A DNA stretch of 29,011 nt from Candidatus Binatia bacterium (GTDB taxonomy: Bacteria; Desulfobacterota; Binatia; Bin18). This document shows, in pieces, positions 16,504 through 26,683 of this stretch. Positions within the stretch are counted from its first letter, which is position 1. Each line of letters starts with the position of its first letter. Location of the stretch: contig CAXXHG010000045.1 of the NCBI GenBank assembly GCA_963666315.2, positions 1 to 29,011 on the forward strand, in the 5' to 3' direction. The notes under the pieces are model-generated. The model had not been told where the DNA came from and did no database searches. It was given only the letters and a program-made list of their open reading frames with translations. Both the position numbers and the translations under genes were made by a program.

Positions 16504-16931
16504 GCCTCTATGTTGATACGAATGCGCTCGTCCCGCTATATGTCCCTGAGGTCCTGAGCGCAGTCGTTACGACGCGGCTGGCCCAAGAAGCAGAACTGTA
16601 TATTTCTCCGCTGACCGAGACGGAGTTCTGCTCGGCACTCGCGCTGAAAGTTCGGCAACGCCATCTGCGCCGGCGTGATGCGGATCGGGTACTCTCACTT
16701 TTTACGCAACACCGACAACACAACCGCTACGCAATCGTTCATCTGACTGCCAACGTCTTCGAGTCAGCTGCGGCGTACCTGAGACGCTTTTCAACGCCGC
16801 CGCGCACCCTGGACGCCCTGCATCTCGCCTGCTGTGCGTACGCTTCCCTCACCTTGTTCACGGCAGATCGCAGCCTGATGCAAAGTGGACGGCACTTTCA
16901 GCTGCCCTGCGAATGGGTGCAGCCGGAATAA
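16500..16931 (+). CDS. vapC: PIN-domain toxin
   Basis: YVDTNAL, ISPLTETEFCSAL, RTLDALHLA and LFTAD carry the acidic PIN residues. The TTG start overlaps the antitoxin TGA; GAGGA SD. Confidence 0.92.
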   Translation: MSLYVDTNALVPLYVPEVLSAVVTTRLAQEAELYISPLTETEFCSALALKVRQRHLRRRDADRVLSLFTQHRQHNRYAIVHLTANVFESAAAYLRRFSTPPRTLDALHLACCAYASLTLFTADRSLMQSGRHFQLPCEWVQPE

Positions 16932-16965
16932 AGACAGAGGGAGTCTTTGCATTCCCGTTTCAGTC

Positions 16966-18396
16966 TTAGCGAGGCTGCAAGGTCATCAGCACTGCTCGGT
17001 TAGGCCGCAAGGTAAAAATAGGATCAGGCTCAACTGTGCAGCCCGGGACGAGGCTGAGGCGATATTTCTGAGCCACGGTGGCCAGCACGAGTTGGGCTTC
17101 CAGCAGCGCAAACGTATTGCCTATGCACTGACGCGGACCACCGCCAAACGGGAAATAGGCGTAACGTGGACGTTCAGCCACCCGCTCTGGCGTAAACCGT
17201 TCAGGATCAAACCCTTCGGGATTGTCCCATAGGTCAGGCCGCCGATGGGTGACATATGGACTGAGGACCACCAGCGCACCTTTTTTAATCCGATAGCCAC
17301 CGATTTCATCATCATCCACAATGCCGCGTGACATCGCCCACGCGGGAGGATAGAGACGCAGCGTCTCATCAACAACCATGCGCGTGTAGGTGAGATGCGG
17401 GACATCTTCAACCGTTGGCGTACGGCCGCCGAGCACCTCGTGTAATTCAGCGTGGAGTTTGCGCTCCACACCGGGATGCAGAGAGAGTAGATACCAGGCC
17501 CAGGTCAGGGTAACTGCTGTCGTCTCATTTCCAGCGCCCAGAAAGGTCATCACCTCATCGCGCAATTCCTGATTGGTGAGCCCCTCACCCGTTTCTTCAT
17601 CTCGGGCGGCGAGCAGCATGGATAATAAATCTCCCGTGTCCTGCCCTGCCTCGCGGTGCGCATTGATAATACAGAATATATTATCGTCAGACAGGCGCAT
17701 GGCTTTGCGAAAACGCAAATTCGTGCGTGTGGGCACCCATACAGGCAGCGAAAGCGGCCGACGCATACGGTGATTCAAATATTCCAAGGGGATCAGCCTA
17801 TCCTGCTGCATCTCGTTAGTAGAGGTCGGACTCAGATCCGTACCGAAAAGCGCCTGACCAACAATAGTGGTGGCCAGTTCCTGCATCTCGGTCATAATAT
17901 CAAGCGGTCGGGCGGCCTGAGCAGCGGCTGCCCAGGCCTCTAACATCGACAAAGCGGAATCAGTCATGGCCGTAGCAAAGCTTGCGATCTTTTCGCGGTG
18001 AAAAGCAGGTTGGGCCAATTTCCGGCGACGGCGCCATATGGCGCCGTCGCTGGTAAGCAAGCCTTCACCAACAACGAGTTTAAACAGATCGTTCAACTGA
18101 TTTTTCTTGCAGTAGTTGTGGTTGTTGTCTTGCAGGACGTGTTTGACGTAGTCCGGGTGACTGACAAAATAGCTCAGCCACGGCCCCGCTCCGAAGCGGA
18201 CAACATCGCCATGCTGGCGAGCCGCATCCATATACAGGCTCAACAGATCACGCGGCGAGCCAAACACAAGAAAGCGAAGCAAGTCGAGGAGTTTTGCCGG
18301 CGGACCAGGCGCCTCTCGCAGCACCTCTTTTCCCGCTTGGGACTGAACAGGCTGGGGGTGAAGTTCGTGCTCGACTGCTGGGGCATCGGTTTGCAT
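16966..18396 (-). CDS. Cytochrome P450
   Basis: I-helix FLGAGNETT, ExxR (ETLR), FDPERF and the heme-ligand motif FPFGGGPRQCIG. Confidence 0.96.
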   Translation of the reverse strand: MQTDAPAVEHELHPQPVQSQAGKEVLREAPGPPAKLLDLLRFLVFGSPRDLLSLYMDAARQHGDVVRFGAGPWLSYFVSHPDYVKHVLQDNNHNYCKKNQLNDLFKLVVGEGLLTSDGAIWRRRRKLAQPAFHREKIASFATAMTDSALSMLEAWAAAAQAARPLDIMTEMQELATTIVGQALFGTDLSPTSTNEMQQDRLIPLEYLNHRMRRPLSLPVWVPTRTNLRFRKAMRLSDDNIFCIINAHREAGQDTGDLLSMLLAARDEETGEGLTNQELRDEVMTFLGAGNETTAVTLTWAWYLLSLHPGVERKLHAELHEVLGGRTPTVEDVPHLTYTRMVVDETLRLYPPAWAMSRGIVDDDEIGGYRIKKGALVVLSPYVTHRRPDLWDNPEGFDPERFTPERVAERPRYAYFPFGGGPRQCIGNTFALLEAQLVLATVAQKYRLSLVPGCTVEPDPIFTLRPNRAVLMTLQPR

Positions 18397-18646
18397 CTAC
18401 TGCCTCCTTGGGTGGCCGACCGTCTCGCTCTATACTGGTGACACCATATTTAGGAAAGGAACTCGGGCGTTCCATATATCAACTTAGCAGAGGCGAAAAG
18501 GGAAATCCTACCAAAACAGTGTGATTTTGAGACTCGTCCTATTTGCGTTCCGCAAAAGAATGATTATTGAAACCAGGGCACGCAGCATGCGACAGAGAGG
18601 CGAGGCTTATCCGCTGTTGCTGTGTATTTTGGATGAGGAGGACACT

Positions 18647-20611
18647 ATGAGCGAACAAACACACGAGAATACCGAAACCTTTGCTTTTCAGACAGAGACG
18701 AAACAACTACTCAATCTCGTTATCAACTCTCTTTATACGAATAAAGACATTTTCTTACGCGAGCTGATCTCTAATGCTTCTGATGCCTTGGATAGACTGC
18801 GTTTCGAATCCCTGACTCAGCCGGAGCTCTTAGCAGATAAAGACGCGTTAGAAATCCGCTTGGAAGTGGACAAACAAAACCGGACACTCACGATTTCCGA
18901 TACCGGCATCGGCATGAGCCGGGATGAGGTCGTAGACAATATTGGAACCATAGCCAAATCCGGGACGCGGAATTTACTGGAACAGGTTCAAAAAGACGGC
19001 CAATCGCCCGAGGCATTATCGGAACTCATCGGCTGCTTTGGCGTCGGCTTTTACTCTACTTTTATGGTGGCAGATAAGGTCAGCTTAGTCACACGCCGCG
19101 CGGGTGAGGAGACCGCCACAGAATGGGAATCGACTGGTGACGGCGAATACTCGCTCCGGGAGACCACCCGACCTCAGAACGGGACCTCAATTACGCTCGA
19201 CCTCAAATCAGCCGACCCCGAGAACGGGATCCAAGATTACACGGAACAATGGACGTTAAGCAGTCTTGTCAAACGCTACTCCGACTTTGTCACCTACCCC
19301 ATTAAGAACAAGCAAGAGCGTGAAGAAATCGAACGCGACGAGGAGGGCAAACCCAGGCCGGACACCAAGCCGACCATCGTCATTGAGGACAAGACGCTCA
19401 ACTCCATGAAGCCTATCTGGACCCGAACACAGTCCGAAGTTTCAGAAGAAGAGTATACGGAATTCTACAAACACATTTCGCACGACTGGAATCCCCCGCT
19501 CAAGACGCTCAATTTTCGGGCCGAAGGCCGGTTCGAATTTCAGGCCTTAGTCTTTCTGCCCTCCCAAGCCCCGTTCGATCTCGCCTTCCACGCCTCCACG
19601 TATGGTCTCCAACTCTACGCCCAACGGATCATGATTGAGGAACAGTGCGAGGATCTAATCCCGCGCTATCTGCGCTTTCTGAAAGGCGTTGTTGACTCGG
19701 CCGATCTGCCGCTCAACGTCTCCCGACAACGGCTTCAGCAGGACCGTCATATTACCCAAATTCGCAATTGGCTGACCAAGAAAGTACTCGATACGCTCAG
19801 CACCCTGGCCCAGAATGACACGGACGTCTATCTCAAGTTCTGGCAGAACTTTGGCCGTACGCTGAAGGAAGGACTGAGTATCGACTATGAGAATAAGGAC
19901 AAAATTACGCCCCTGCTCCTCTTCCCCTCTTCTAAAGATCCGGACAAGCTCGTCAGTCTAAAAGACTATGTTGAGCGCATGCCGGTAGCCCAACCTGAAA
20001 TTTTCTATTTGACCGGAGAATCGCGCAACGCGGTTGAGCACTCGCCCCACCTGGAAGCTTTTAAGGAGAAGGGGCATGAAGTTCTGTACTTAATTGACCC
20101 GGTTGACGAGCTCGTCGTCCAATCCCTTACCGAGTTTGAAGGCAAAAAGCTCAAATCGATTGGGAAAGGGACCGTCCAACTCGGCAGCGAGACCGAACGC
20201 GAGCAGGCGGAGCAGGAACTCAAGGAGAAATCTGAGGGATATGCCGACTTATTTGAGGCACTGCAAAAAATTCTGGATGAGCACATTAAGGAAGTGCGGC
20301 TGTCGAACCGGTTGACATCCTCGCCCGTCTGTTTAGTCAGCGAGGACGGCGACCACAGCCCGCAAATGGAACGGCTGCTCAAACAGGCGCAGCAAGACCT
20401 GCCCCAGCAAACACGCATTATGGAACTGAATCCGACCCATCCGCTCTTAAAGAAGTTGTACGGACGCTTTCAACAAGACAAGGACGACCCGACACTCAAG
20501 ACGTATGCCGAGCTATTATTCGGCTATGGCCTGCTCGCCGAAGGATCGGAGATTACCGACCCGGTGAGTTTCAACCAACACCTGGCGGAACTCATGGCGA
20601 ACAACCTCTAG
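18647..20611 (+). CDS. htpG: Molecular chaperone HtpG (Hsp90)
   Basis: FLRELISNASDA, DTGIGMS, GTIAKSGT, FGVGFYS, NSMKPIW and LPLNVSR. SD GAGGAGG precedes ATG 18647. Confidence 0.97.
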   Translation: MSEQTHENTETFAFQTETKQLLNLVINSLYTNKDIFLRELISNASDALDRLRFESLTQPELLADKDALEIRLEVDKQNRTLTISDTGIGMSRDEVVDNIGTIAKSGTRNLLEQVQKDGQSPEALSELIGCFGVGFYSTFMVADKVSLVTRRAGEETATEWESTGDGEYSLRETTRPQNGTSITLDLKSADPENGIQDYTEQWTLSSLVKRYSDFVTYPIKNKQEREEIERDEEGKPRPDTKPTIVIEDKTLNSMKPIWTRTQSEVSEEEYTEFYKHISHDWNPPLKTLNFRAEGRFEFQALVFLPSQAPFDLAFHASTYGLQLYAQRIMIEEQCEDLIPRYLRFLKGVVDSADLPLNVSRQRLQQDRHITQIRNWLTKKVLDTLSTLAQNDTDVYLKFWQNFGRTLKEGLSIDYENKDKITPLLLFPSSKDPDKLVSLKDYVERMPVAQPEIFYLTGESRNAVEHSPHLEAFKEKGHEVLYLIDPVDELVVQSLTEFEGKKLKSIGKGTVQLGSETEREQAEQELKEKSEGYADLFEALQKILDEHIKEVRLSNRLTSSPVCLVSEDGDHSPQMERLLKQAQQDLPQQTRIMELNPTHPLLKKLYGRFQQDKDDPTLKTYAELLFGYGLLAEGSEITDPVSFNQHLAELMANNL

Positions 20612-20625
20612 TCTACGGCTTTCGT

Positions 20626-21132
20626 ATGCGCTTCCGTATCGGTCAGGGTGTGGATATGCATCGGCTGGAGCCAGGCCGCAAGCTCATTCTCGGTGGCGTA
20701 GAGGTTCCGTGGGAAAAGGGCTTACTCGGCCACTCAGATGCCGACGTGGTCTGCCACGCGCTGAGCAACGCCCTCTTAGGCGCCCTAGGCGAAGGCGATA
20801 TCGGCCAACATTTTCCAGACTCGGACTCGCGCTATAAGGGCGTCTCAAGTATTGAGCTGCTTCGCGTCGTTATGGAAAAGGTCAAAGCCCACGGCTACCG
20901 CGTGGGCAATGCCGATCTCACCATTCTTGCTCAAAGGCCGAAGCTCGCCGCATATAAAGACGCTATGCGTCAAAACATGGCGGACGTGCTTGAGGTCGAG
21001 TCTAGCGCCGTCAACATCAAAGCCACAACGGGTGAGCAAATGGGCTTTATAGGACGGGAGGAAGGCATGCGGGCCGAGGCCGTGGTGCTTTTGGAATCCA
21101 TCCAAATTAGCGAGAGACGGGTCGGTCGCTAG
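20626..21132 (+). CDS. ispF: 2-C-methyl-D-erythritol 2,4-cyclodiphosphate synthase
   Basis: RIGQGVDMH, LILGGV, GHSDADV..HAL, GDIGQHFPD, NIKATT.E and GREEG. Confidence 0.96.
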   Translation: MRFRIGQGVDMHRLEPGRKLILGGVEVPWEKGLLGHSDADVVCHALSNALLGALGEGDIGQHFPDSDSRYKGVSSIELLRVVMEKVKAHGYRVGNADLTILAQRPKLAAYKDAMRQNMADVLEVESSAVNIKATTGEQMGFIGREEGMRAEAVVLLESIQISERRVGR

Positions 21133-21793
21133 TCTGTGCCTCTTCCGCTGGGTTCTCCTTCCAAAAAATCAGGACAACCCAGCACTCGGCTCCCGTCCCT
21201 GCCTCGCAGGTCTGCTTTGCCGCGTCCCAGGCCTCTACAGCCAGTGCCGCTCCCCGTTCGCCATTCAGAAACACCTGAGGGGATTTTCCCGACGCTTGTG
21301 TCGGCCTGCGCATGGACACCGCAAACCAGCCGGGCGGTCCGCCGCCTGTTGCGCGCAGGACACACTTGAAACGATTGATCCTGCAATTGGTCTCAAACTG
21401 TTGCTGCGCTTGATCAACAGACGCGCCTGCGCTCATAAAATAATCACGCCATGAACCGTCTTGATAATACAGTTCACCCAGCACCAGCGTAGGTTGATCC
21501 GGACGCGGAGCAACAAAGTCGTAGAACGAGCCTATCACCTGACACGACTTTCGCGACGGACCTGCTCTGACTGCAATCCCGCGACATTGTTCCAGCTGCG
21601 CTTCTGGGCGTGCAATCGGCCGGTAACAGTTCGGGCCTAGCTTGTGCCCCGGAAGATCTCGTTGCCGCGTTTTCGGATTGAAAACAAAGCACGACGGTGC
21701 GGATTCTTCAGTCAAAACTGGCGCAACCGGCAAAACCGTTGCGGGTATCCAACTCAGGATGAGGATACAGGCCAGACAAAAAAATAGCTTCAT
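21107..21793 (-). CDS. Secreted Cys-rich hypothetical protein
   Basis: Signal peptide MKLFFCLACILILSWIPA; eight Cys in the mature part, in apparent pairs; overlaps the 3' end of ispF by 26 nt. Confidence 0.65.
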   Translation of the reverse strand: MKLFFCLACILILSWIPATVLPVAPVLTEESAPSCFVFNPKTRQRDLPGHKLGPNCYRPIARPEAQLEQCRGIAVRAGPSRKSCQVIGSFYDFVAPRPDQPTLVLGELYYQDGSWRDYFMSAGASVDQAQQQFETNCRINRFKCVLRATGGGPPGWFAVSMRRPTQASGKSPQVFLNGERGAALAVEAWDAAKQTCEAGTGAECWVVLIFWKENPAEEAQTSDRPVSR

Positions 21794-21931
21794 ACTACCC
21801 GGGCCAGAGCAACACACTCATGCGCCCCCGGCACTGTAAACGGAAAAAGCGAGAGAAGAAAAGGACCCTACTCAGTCCGGGATGGCAGGCGAGCAAGATG
21901 GACTGGGGGGTTGGAGGACAACAGGGGCATA

Positions 21932-23362
21932 CTACTTGAGGGGCTTGGCCGAAAAACCATCGCCGCTATACGCCAGCAAGGCCCGCTTACCGTTCACGAC
22001 CGTTTCTAAAACGACCTCACGGCCCCACAGGCGATGCAGGTAAGAAAGGGATTTTTCGGCGTATTCGAGTTGCAGATCACGACCGTCGTGCGAGTGCTTG
22101 ACGTACAGGCTACGATTCTGATTGTAATCCGCATCTTCTATTTTGATGACTGGTACGCTCCCTAATCCCACACTTTTAATCAGTGTTTCTTTGACCTTGC
22201 GCCAGCCGTCTTTATCCGAAACCTTGGAAATCACTAGATCTTCGCCGCGCGGCTCGTATTCGAACATATCCATCTCACGCATGAGCTCCTCGGTGAGAAA
22301 CCGGCGTAAAAAGGACGCGTCTCGGTCTACTTCACGGGCTTCGAAGATCGCCTCCATTCCGGTCTTGGTGGGCTTGCCGTACTTCTCTATCTCTTCCGGT
22401 GTTGGATCATCGTGCCGGCGCTTAATATCATCCCACACCTTGAGGCCGAGATAATACGGATTCAACCCCTTCGGGAATGGCCGCACGACTTGGTTATGCC
22501 GAACCAGGAATTCCAGGTGTAGCGCTTGGGGCAGATCGAGACTATGCATGATTTCGCGGTGCCAGAAGCTGGCCCAGCCCTCGTTCATGATCTTTGTCTC
22601 CATCTGGGGGAGAAAATATTCCAACACCTCGTGCACAATGGTGAGCAGATCGCGCTCCCAATCACTCAGCTGACGGTTATGGTCACGGATAAACAGCAGC
22701 AGGTCGGCTTCAGGAGAAAGCGGAACTTTATTGAGATCCGGGGCTTGGTACTCTGCCTGTTGGTGCAGGTCCTCAAAGGGATCCACGGCAGGATGCGCCG
22801 CCTCGATCATGCGCTCGCGTTGTTCTTTGGGGGAAAGTTTCTTAATCGCCAGGTTCCGCCGGCACTGCATCGAGAGCGCATGCGCCGCATCAAGGATGGC
22901 TTCGACTTTGTCAACACCGATAGAGGGATCTTCAAGATAGCTGCGCACCCGATCGGCGTGGATCTTAAATCGACTGAGCGTATGCTCAGGACGGGTAGTC
23001 TGAAACGTAAAATTATTCTTAAAGAAGTCATTATGCCCGTATACATGCGCGATAGTCAGAACCTGAAGACATAATGAGTTATCCGTCATGAGATAGGCGA
23101 GAGAGGGATCGGAGTTGATAACCATCTCATACGGCAGACCGGAGACACCGTAGTCGTACAGGGTTTTGAGCTTCTCGAAGCTCTTGCCGTAGGACCAATG
23201 CGGATAATGGGACGGCATGCCGGAATAGGCCATATAGCCCAGCATCTGATTATGATCGCACAGCTCAAACTCCTGGTCGAAGCAGGATAAGCCGAACTCT
23301 TCGACCTTGACGCGAATTTTCTCTTCCCAGCCTTCCAGGTCTCTGATATCCCAATCAGCCAT
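21932..23362 (-). CDS. spoVR: SpoVR family protein
   Basis: GMPSHYPHWSYGK, YEMVINSDP, AHVYGHNDFFKNN, TKIMNEGWASFWH and LNPYYLG. Confidence 0.95.
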   Translation of the reverse strand: MADWDIRDLEGWEEKIRVKVEEFGLSCFDQEFELCDHNQMLGYMAYSGMPSHYPHWSYGKSFEKLKTLYDYGVSGLPYEMVINSDPSLAYLMTDNSLCLQVLTIAHVYGHNDFFKNNFTFQTTRPEHTLSRFKIHADRVRSYLEDPSIGVDKVEAILDAAHALSMQCRRNLAIKKLSPKEQRERMIEAAHPAVDPFEDLHQQAEYQAPDLNKVPLSPEADLLLFIRDHNRQLSDWERDLLTIVHEVLEYFLPQMETKIMNEGWASFWHREIMHSLDLPQALHLEFLVRHNQVVRPFPKGLNPYYLGLKVWDDIKRRHDDPTPEEIEKYGKPTKTGMEAIFEAREVDRDASFLRRFLTEELMREMDMFEYEPRGEDLVISKVSDKDGWRKVKETLIKSVGLGSVPVIKIEDADYNQNRSLYVKHSHDGRDLQLEYAEKSLSYLHRLWGREVVLETVVNGKRALLAYSGDGFSAKPLK

Positions 23363-23389
23363 ACCTGCTCCTCTCGGCCCTACGCATCG

Positions 23390-24613
23390 CTATTCGGCCG
23401 CCTCGCGCGTATCGGTTGCCGACGGGGTGCGCTCCTTGGACATAAAGGTTTTAAAACTTGGCCAGATGTCTTCTTTGCGTTCGATCAATACCGTTTGGAA
23501 GTTTTCGACCTCCAAACGACGGAAAATGTTCAGCATAGAACTTTCGTAATAGCGCGACCCGAGCGGTTTGATCTCGCCATAGCCAAAGAGGTTGCAGATC
23601 TCACACAATTCCTTGGCCGCCTTGAGCGTCGCCGGATTGTCAGAATCGAAATTATCCCCGTCTGAACAGTGAAAGGCATACAGATTCCATAAGGAGGGAT
23701 GATAACGTTCCTGGATAATGTCTAACGCCTTATTATACCCGGAGGAGATGAATGTCCCGCCGGACTCCCCTTTGTAGAAAAACTCCTCCTCGGTGACCTC
23801 TTTGCCTTCCGTATGATGGGCGATAAAGGCAATCTCTACATTCCGGTATTTGGTACGTACAAATTGGTACAGCAAGAAGAAAAAGCTGCGTGCCAGATAC
23901 TTCTTCATGGTATCCATCGACCCCGAGGTATCCATGATGCACAACACAGCCGCATTCGATTCCGGTCGGATATCTTCGACCATATGGCGGTAGATGAGAT
24001 CTTCTTTGCGAAAGGGGAAACGCTGCTCGTCGTCCGGTTCATTACCGCCCTGGCCGTCCCGCTTGGCCACTGCCAAGCGGCGTTTGATGCGGGATTTGAC
24101 CGTCCGTTTTTTATCAAGCCGAATCCGAATCCCCGCCCGTCGATAGCCTTTGCGCTTGCTGACTCGCTCGGACATCACCTCGCGCAAGATCTTGCGTTCC
24201 ATGTCCGGCAGTTCGAGATCCTCGAACATAATTTCGACCAACTCTTCTAGGGTCACATCGGTCTCATAGTAGTCGATCCCAGGCTGATCGCCGGCTTTAT
24301 CCTGGCCCTCGCCCTGCCCATCAGCCTTGCCGATGACTTGGCCTTCTTGCGAGTCTCCGTCCCCCTGCCCGACTCCGGACGAATTCTCGCCGTAGATGAA
24401 GCGGTATTCTTTGACACCCCGGATGGGGACTTTGATGACCTTGTCCTTGCTCTTACCGATAATGGATTCTTCGGCAATCAAGTCGGCAATGTTCTCACGT
24501 ACCGCTTCCCGGACTTTCTGACGGTGACGTTGCCGGTCACCCGCGCTACGGTCGGAGCGCAATGCGTCAGACGAAGAGTACGGATGAAAGATTGCGTTGA
24601 TCGTCGGTTTCAT
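23390..24613 (-). CDS. yeaH: YeaH/YhbH family (DUF444) vWA-domain protein
   Basis: DRQRHRQKVR, MIDAS-like MDTSGSM, FIAHHTE, ESGGT and HCSDGDN. Confidence 0.94.
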   Translation of the reverse strand: MKPTINAIFHPYSSSDALRSDRSAGDRQRHRQKVREAVRENIADLIAEESIIGKSKDKVIKVPIRGVKEYRFIYGENSSGVGQGDGDSQEGQVIGKADGQGEGQDKAGDQPGIDYYETDVTLEELVEIMFEDLELPDMERKILREVMSERVSKRKGYRRAGIRIRLDKKRTVKSRIKRRLAVAKRDGQGGNEPDDEQRFPFRKEDLIYRHMVEDIRPESNAAVLCIMDTSGSMDTMKKYLARSFFFLLYQFVRTKYRNVEIAFIAHHTEGKEVTEEEFFYKGESGGTFISSGYNKALDIIQERYHPSLWNLYAFHCSDGDNFDSDNPATLKAAKELCEICNLFGYGEIKPLGSRYYESSMLNIFRRLEVENFQTVLIERKEDIWPSFKTFMSKERTPSATDTREAAE

Positions 24614-24682
24614 AAATTCACCGCCTCAACAGCCGCTCAGCAGCAAAACCCCAAAGCACCTAAAGACACCGTATCCCTGCGT

Positions 24683-26614
24683 TTAATCTTTCCACAGATG
24701 ATTGGCCGCGTACTTTAAGATCACATCAATACTGTCCTCTGGGTAGCCCAGCTCAATCAGCCGCTGCACCATAGACTGGTGCTTCTCCTGCTGCTCTTCA
24801 TCCCGCGTGCGCGCCTTAGTAATGATCCGGCTGATATCACGCACGGAACTCATAAGCTTCTTTTCGATAGCATCCTTGAGCGGCTCATAGCTCTCGTAGG
24901 ATATCCGAGATCCTCGTCGTGACGACGCCCACAGATAGGCGATAACCTCTTGACGGAAACCATCCGCAGCCGTGCCGATAATGGCAATTTGCTCTTCAAT
25001 GGATTTCAGGAAACCCTCATCCGGTTGCAGCTCTTCATTCGTGTTGTGATCTTTGACTTTAGTCTGGTTCACATAGGCTTCGGCGTGATCCAAGTAGTTC
25101 TGGAAGAGGGACTCGGCCTGCTCCTGATAAGAATAGACAAACGCCTTGGTGATCTCTTTCTCAAGAATTTCGAGATATTCCTTATGTATCGTGTCTTGCA
25201 GAAATTCCAGATACTGCTTACGCGTATCATCCGCGACTTCCATTTCTTTGACCATGCGGATGAGCGCCTCGCGTACGTTGATCGGATTAATTGACGATCC
25301 GCCATCCGACAGCGCGTTGTCGAGTGCTTTCATAATAAAGCGGGTAGAGATACCGGACATGCCTTCCCGCCTGGCATCCTCACGCAATTCCTTGACCGTA
25401 ATCTTTTTGGTGCGCCCTTTCTCAACGACTTCCTCACCGTTGTAGAGGTGCAGCTTGGTCATCAGGTCGCATTTGGGCGTCGGTTCTAAGCGAGACAGAA
25501 TCGCAAACATGGAAGCAACCTCAAGCGTATGCGGGGCCACACTGGCGCGGAAGTCTGAATTGTGCAGCATTTTGAGGTAGATCTTGACTTCCTCAGACAG
25601 GCGCAGGTTATACGGCACTTTGACCACGACGATACGGTCCAGAATCGCCTCATTCGTATGGTCGGCTTTGAACTTCTGCCACTCGGCTTCGTTCGAGTGA
25701 GCAACAATCACCGTGTCCACGAATACTGTTCCATGTCGGCCTGGTGCAGGTACGAATTTTTCCTGCGTGGCAGTAATCATGGCATGTAGGTATTCGGTCT
25801 CATTCTTAAAGACCTCGATAAACTCGACCATACCCCGATTGCCCACATTAAACGCGCCATTGAGTTCGAGCACCCGCGGGTCACCCTCCGAGTATCGATC
25901 CAGCTTGGAGATATCTTCAGAACCGATCAGGACCGATGTGTCTTGGTTATTCGGATCAACAGGGGGAACCACCCCGATGCCGCGCCGATTACGCTTTGAG
26001 AAGCCGACCGTGGTCACCGGCATGTCTTCGTAGCGATTCTTCAATTCCTCGCGTAGCCGCCAACGCGTGACGGGACACAGATCCCCTTCAATACGCACGT
26101 CGAGCATCTTCTCGAACTCTTTGCGCAAGTGGCGTGGAATGAGGAGCAGGGGTTCCTCATACATCGGAGAGCCGTCAATCACATAGATCGGATCAAGGCC
26201 CTCAAGTCCGCGTTGCATTTTTTCAACCAAAGAGCTTTTGCCAGCTCCGACCGGTCCCATGAGATACAGGACTTGCCGGCTCTCTTCCCCCCGCATAGCT
26301 GCGGATTGAAAATAGCGCACGATCTGCGCCAGAGGCTCTTCAATGCCGAAGAATTCATCCTTGAAGAAATTGAACACTTTGAATGATTCGTCTTTGAACA
26401 GACGCTTCACCCGCGGGTCATCCGTATCGTTAATATCGGACACCCCCTCGCGCATAATCGCGTCATGGATCCGCGCGTGTGCATGCTTCACCACCGACGG
26501 ATCTTGCCTGAGCTTTTCTAAGTACTCAATGAAAGTTCCGCTCCAATGTTTGCTCTCCCGATTATCTCGATCCTCTTTGATCATTTTCTCAAAGACATTT
26601 CGCTCCGTTGCCAT
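24683..26614 (-). CDS. prkA: PrkA/YeaG family AAA+ serine protein kinase
   Basis: Walker A GPVGAGKS, NRGMVEFIEVFK, HSNEAEW, NEAILDR, VPYNL and EGMSGISTR. SD AAGGAG precedes ATG 26614. Confidence 0.95.
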   Translation of the reverse strand: MATERNVFEKMIKEDRDNRESKHWSGTFIEYLEKLRQDPSVVKHAHARIHDAIMREGVSDINDTDDPRVKRLFKDESFKVFNFFKDEFFGIEEPLAQIVRYFQSAAMRGEESRQVLYLMGPVGAGKSSLVEKMQRGLEGLDPIYVIDGSPMYEEPLLLIPRHLRKEFEKMLDVRIEGDLCPVTRWRLREELKNRYEDMPVTTVGFSKRNRRGIGVVPPVDPNNQDTSVLIGSEDISKLDRYSEGDPRVLELNGAFNVGNRGMVEFIEVFKNETEYLHAMITATQEKFVPAPGRHGTVFVDTVIVAHSNEAEWQKFKADHTNEAILDRIVVVKVPYNLRLSEEVKIYLKMLHNSDFRASVAPHTLEVASMFAILSRLEPTPKCDLMTKLHLYNGEEVVEKGRTKKITVKELREDARREGMSGISTRFIMKALDNALSDGGSSINPINVREALIRMVKEMEVADDTRKQYLEFLQDTIHKEYLEILEKEITKAFVYSYQEQAESLFQNYLDHAEAYVNQTKVKDHNTNEELQPDEGFLKSIEEQIAIIGTAADGFRQEVIAYLWASSRRGSRISYESYEPLKDAIEKKLMSSVRDISRIITKARTRDEEQQEKHQSMVQRLIELGYPEDSIDVILKYAANHLWKD

Positions 26615-26683
26615 AGAGAGCTCCTTATTCGCTCCAAGGTTTGGACGGGTTATGTTGAGAGTTGCCCACCACCTCTTGTACCC

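Noticed and set aside
18397-18646. Heat-shock elements (CIRCE, sigma32, HAIR) upstream of htpG, and the longer 18521 start
   Set aside because: Only partial matches are present (TTAGCAG, TTGAAA without CCCCAT). The strong SD and homology start support ATG 18647.
21932-26614. prkA-yeaH-spoVR triad as a novel system or a sign of sporulation
   Set aside because: This is a well-known conserved operon found in many non-sporulating bacteria.
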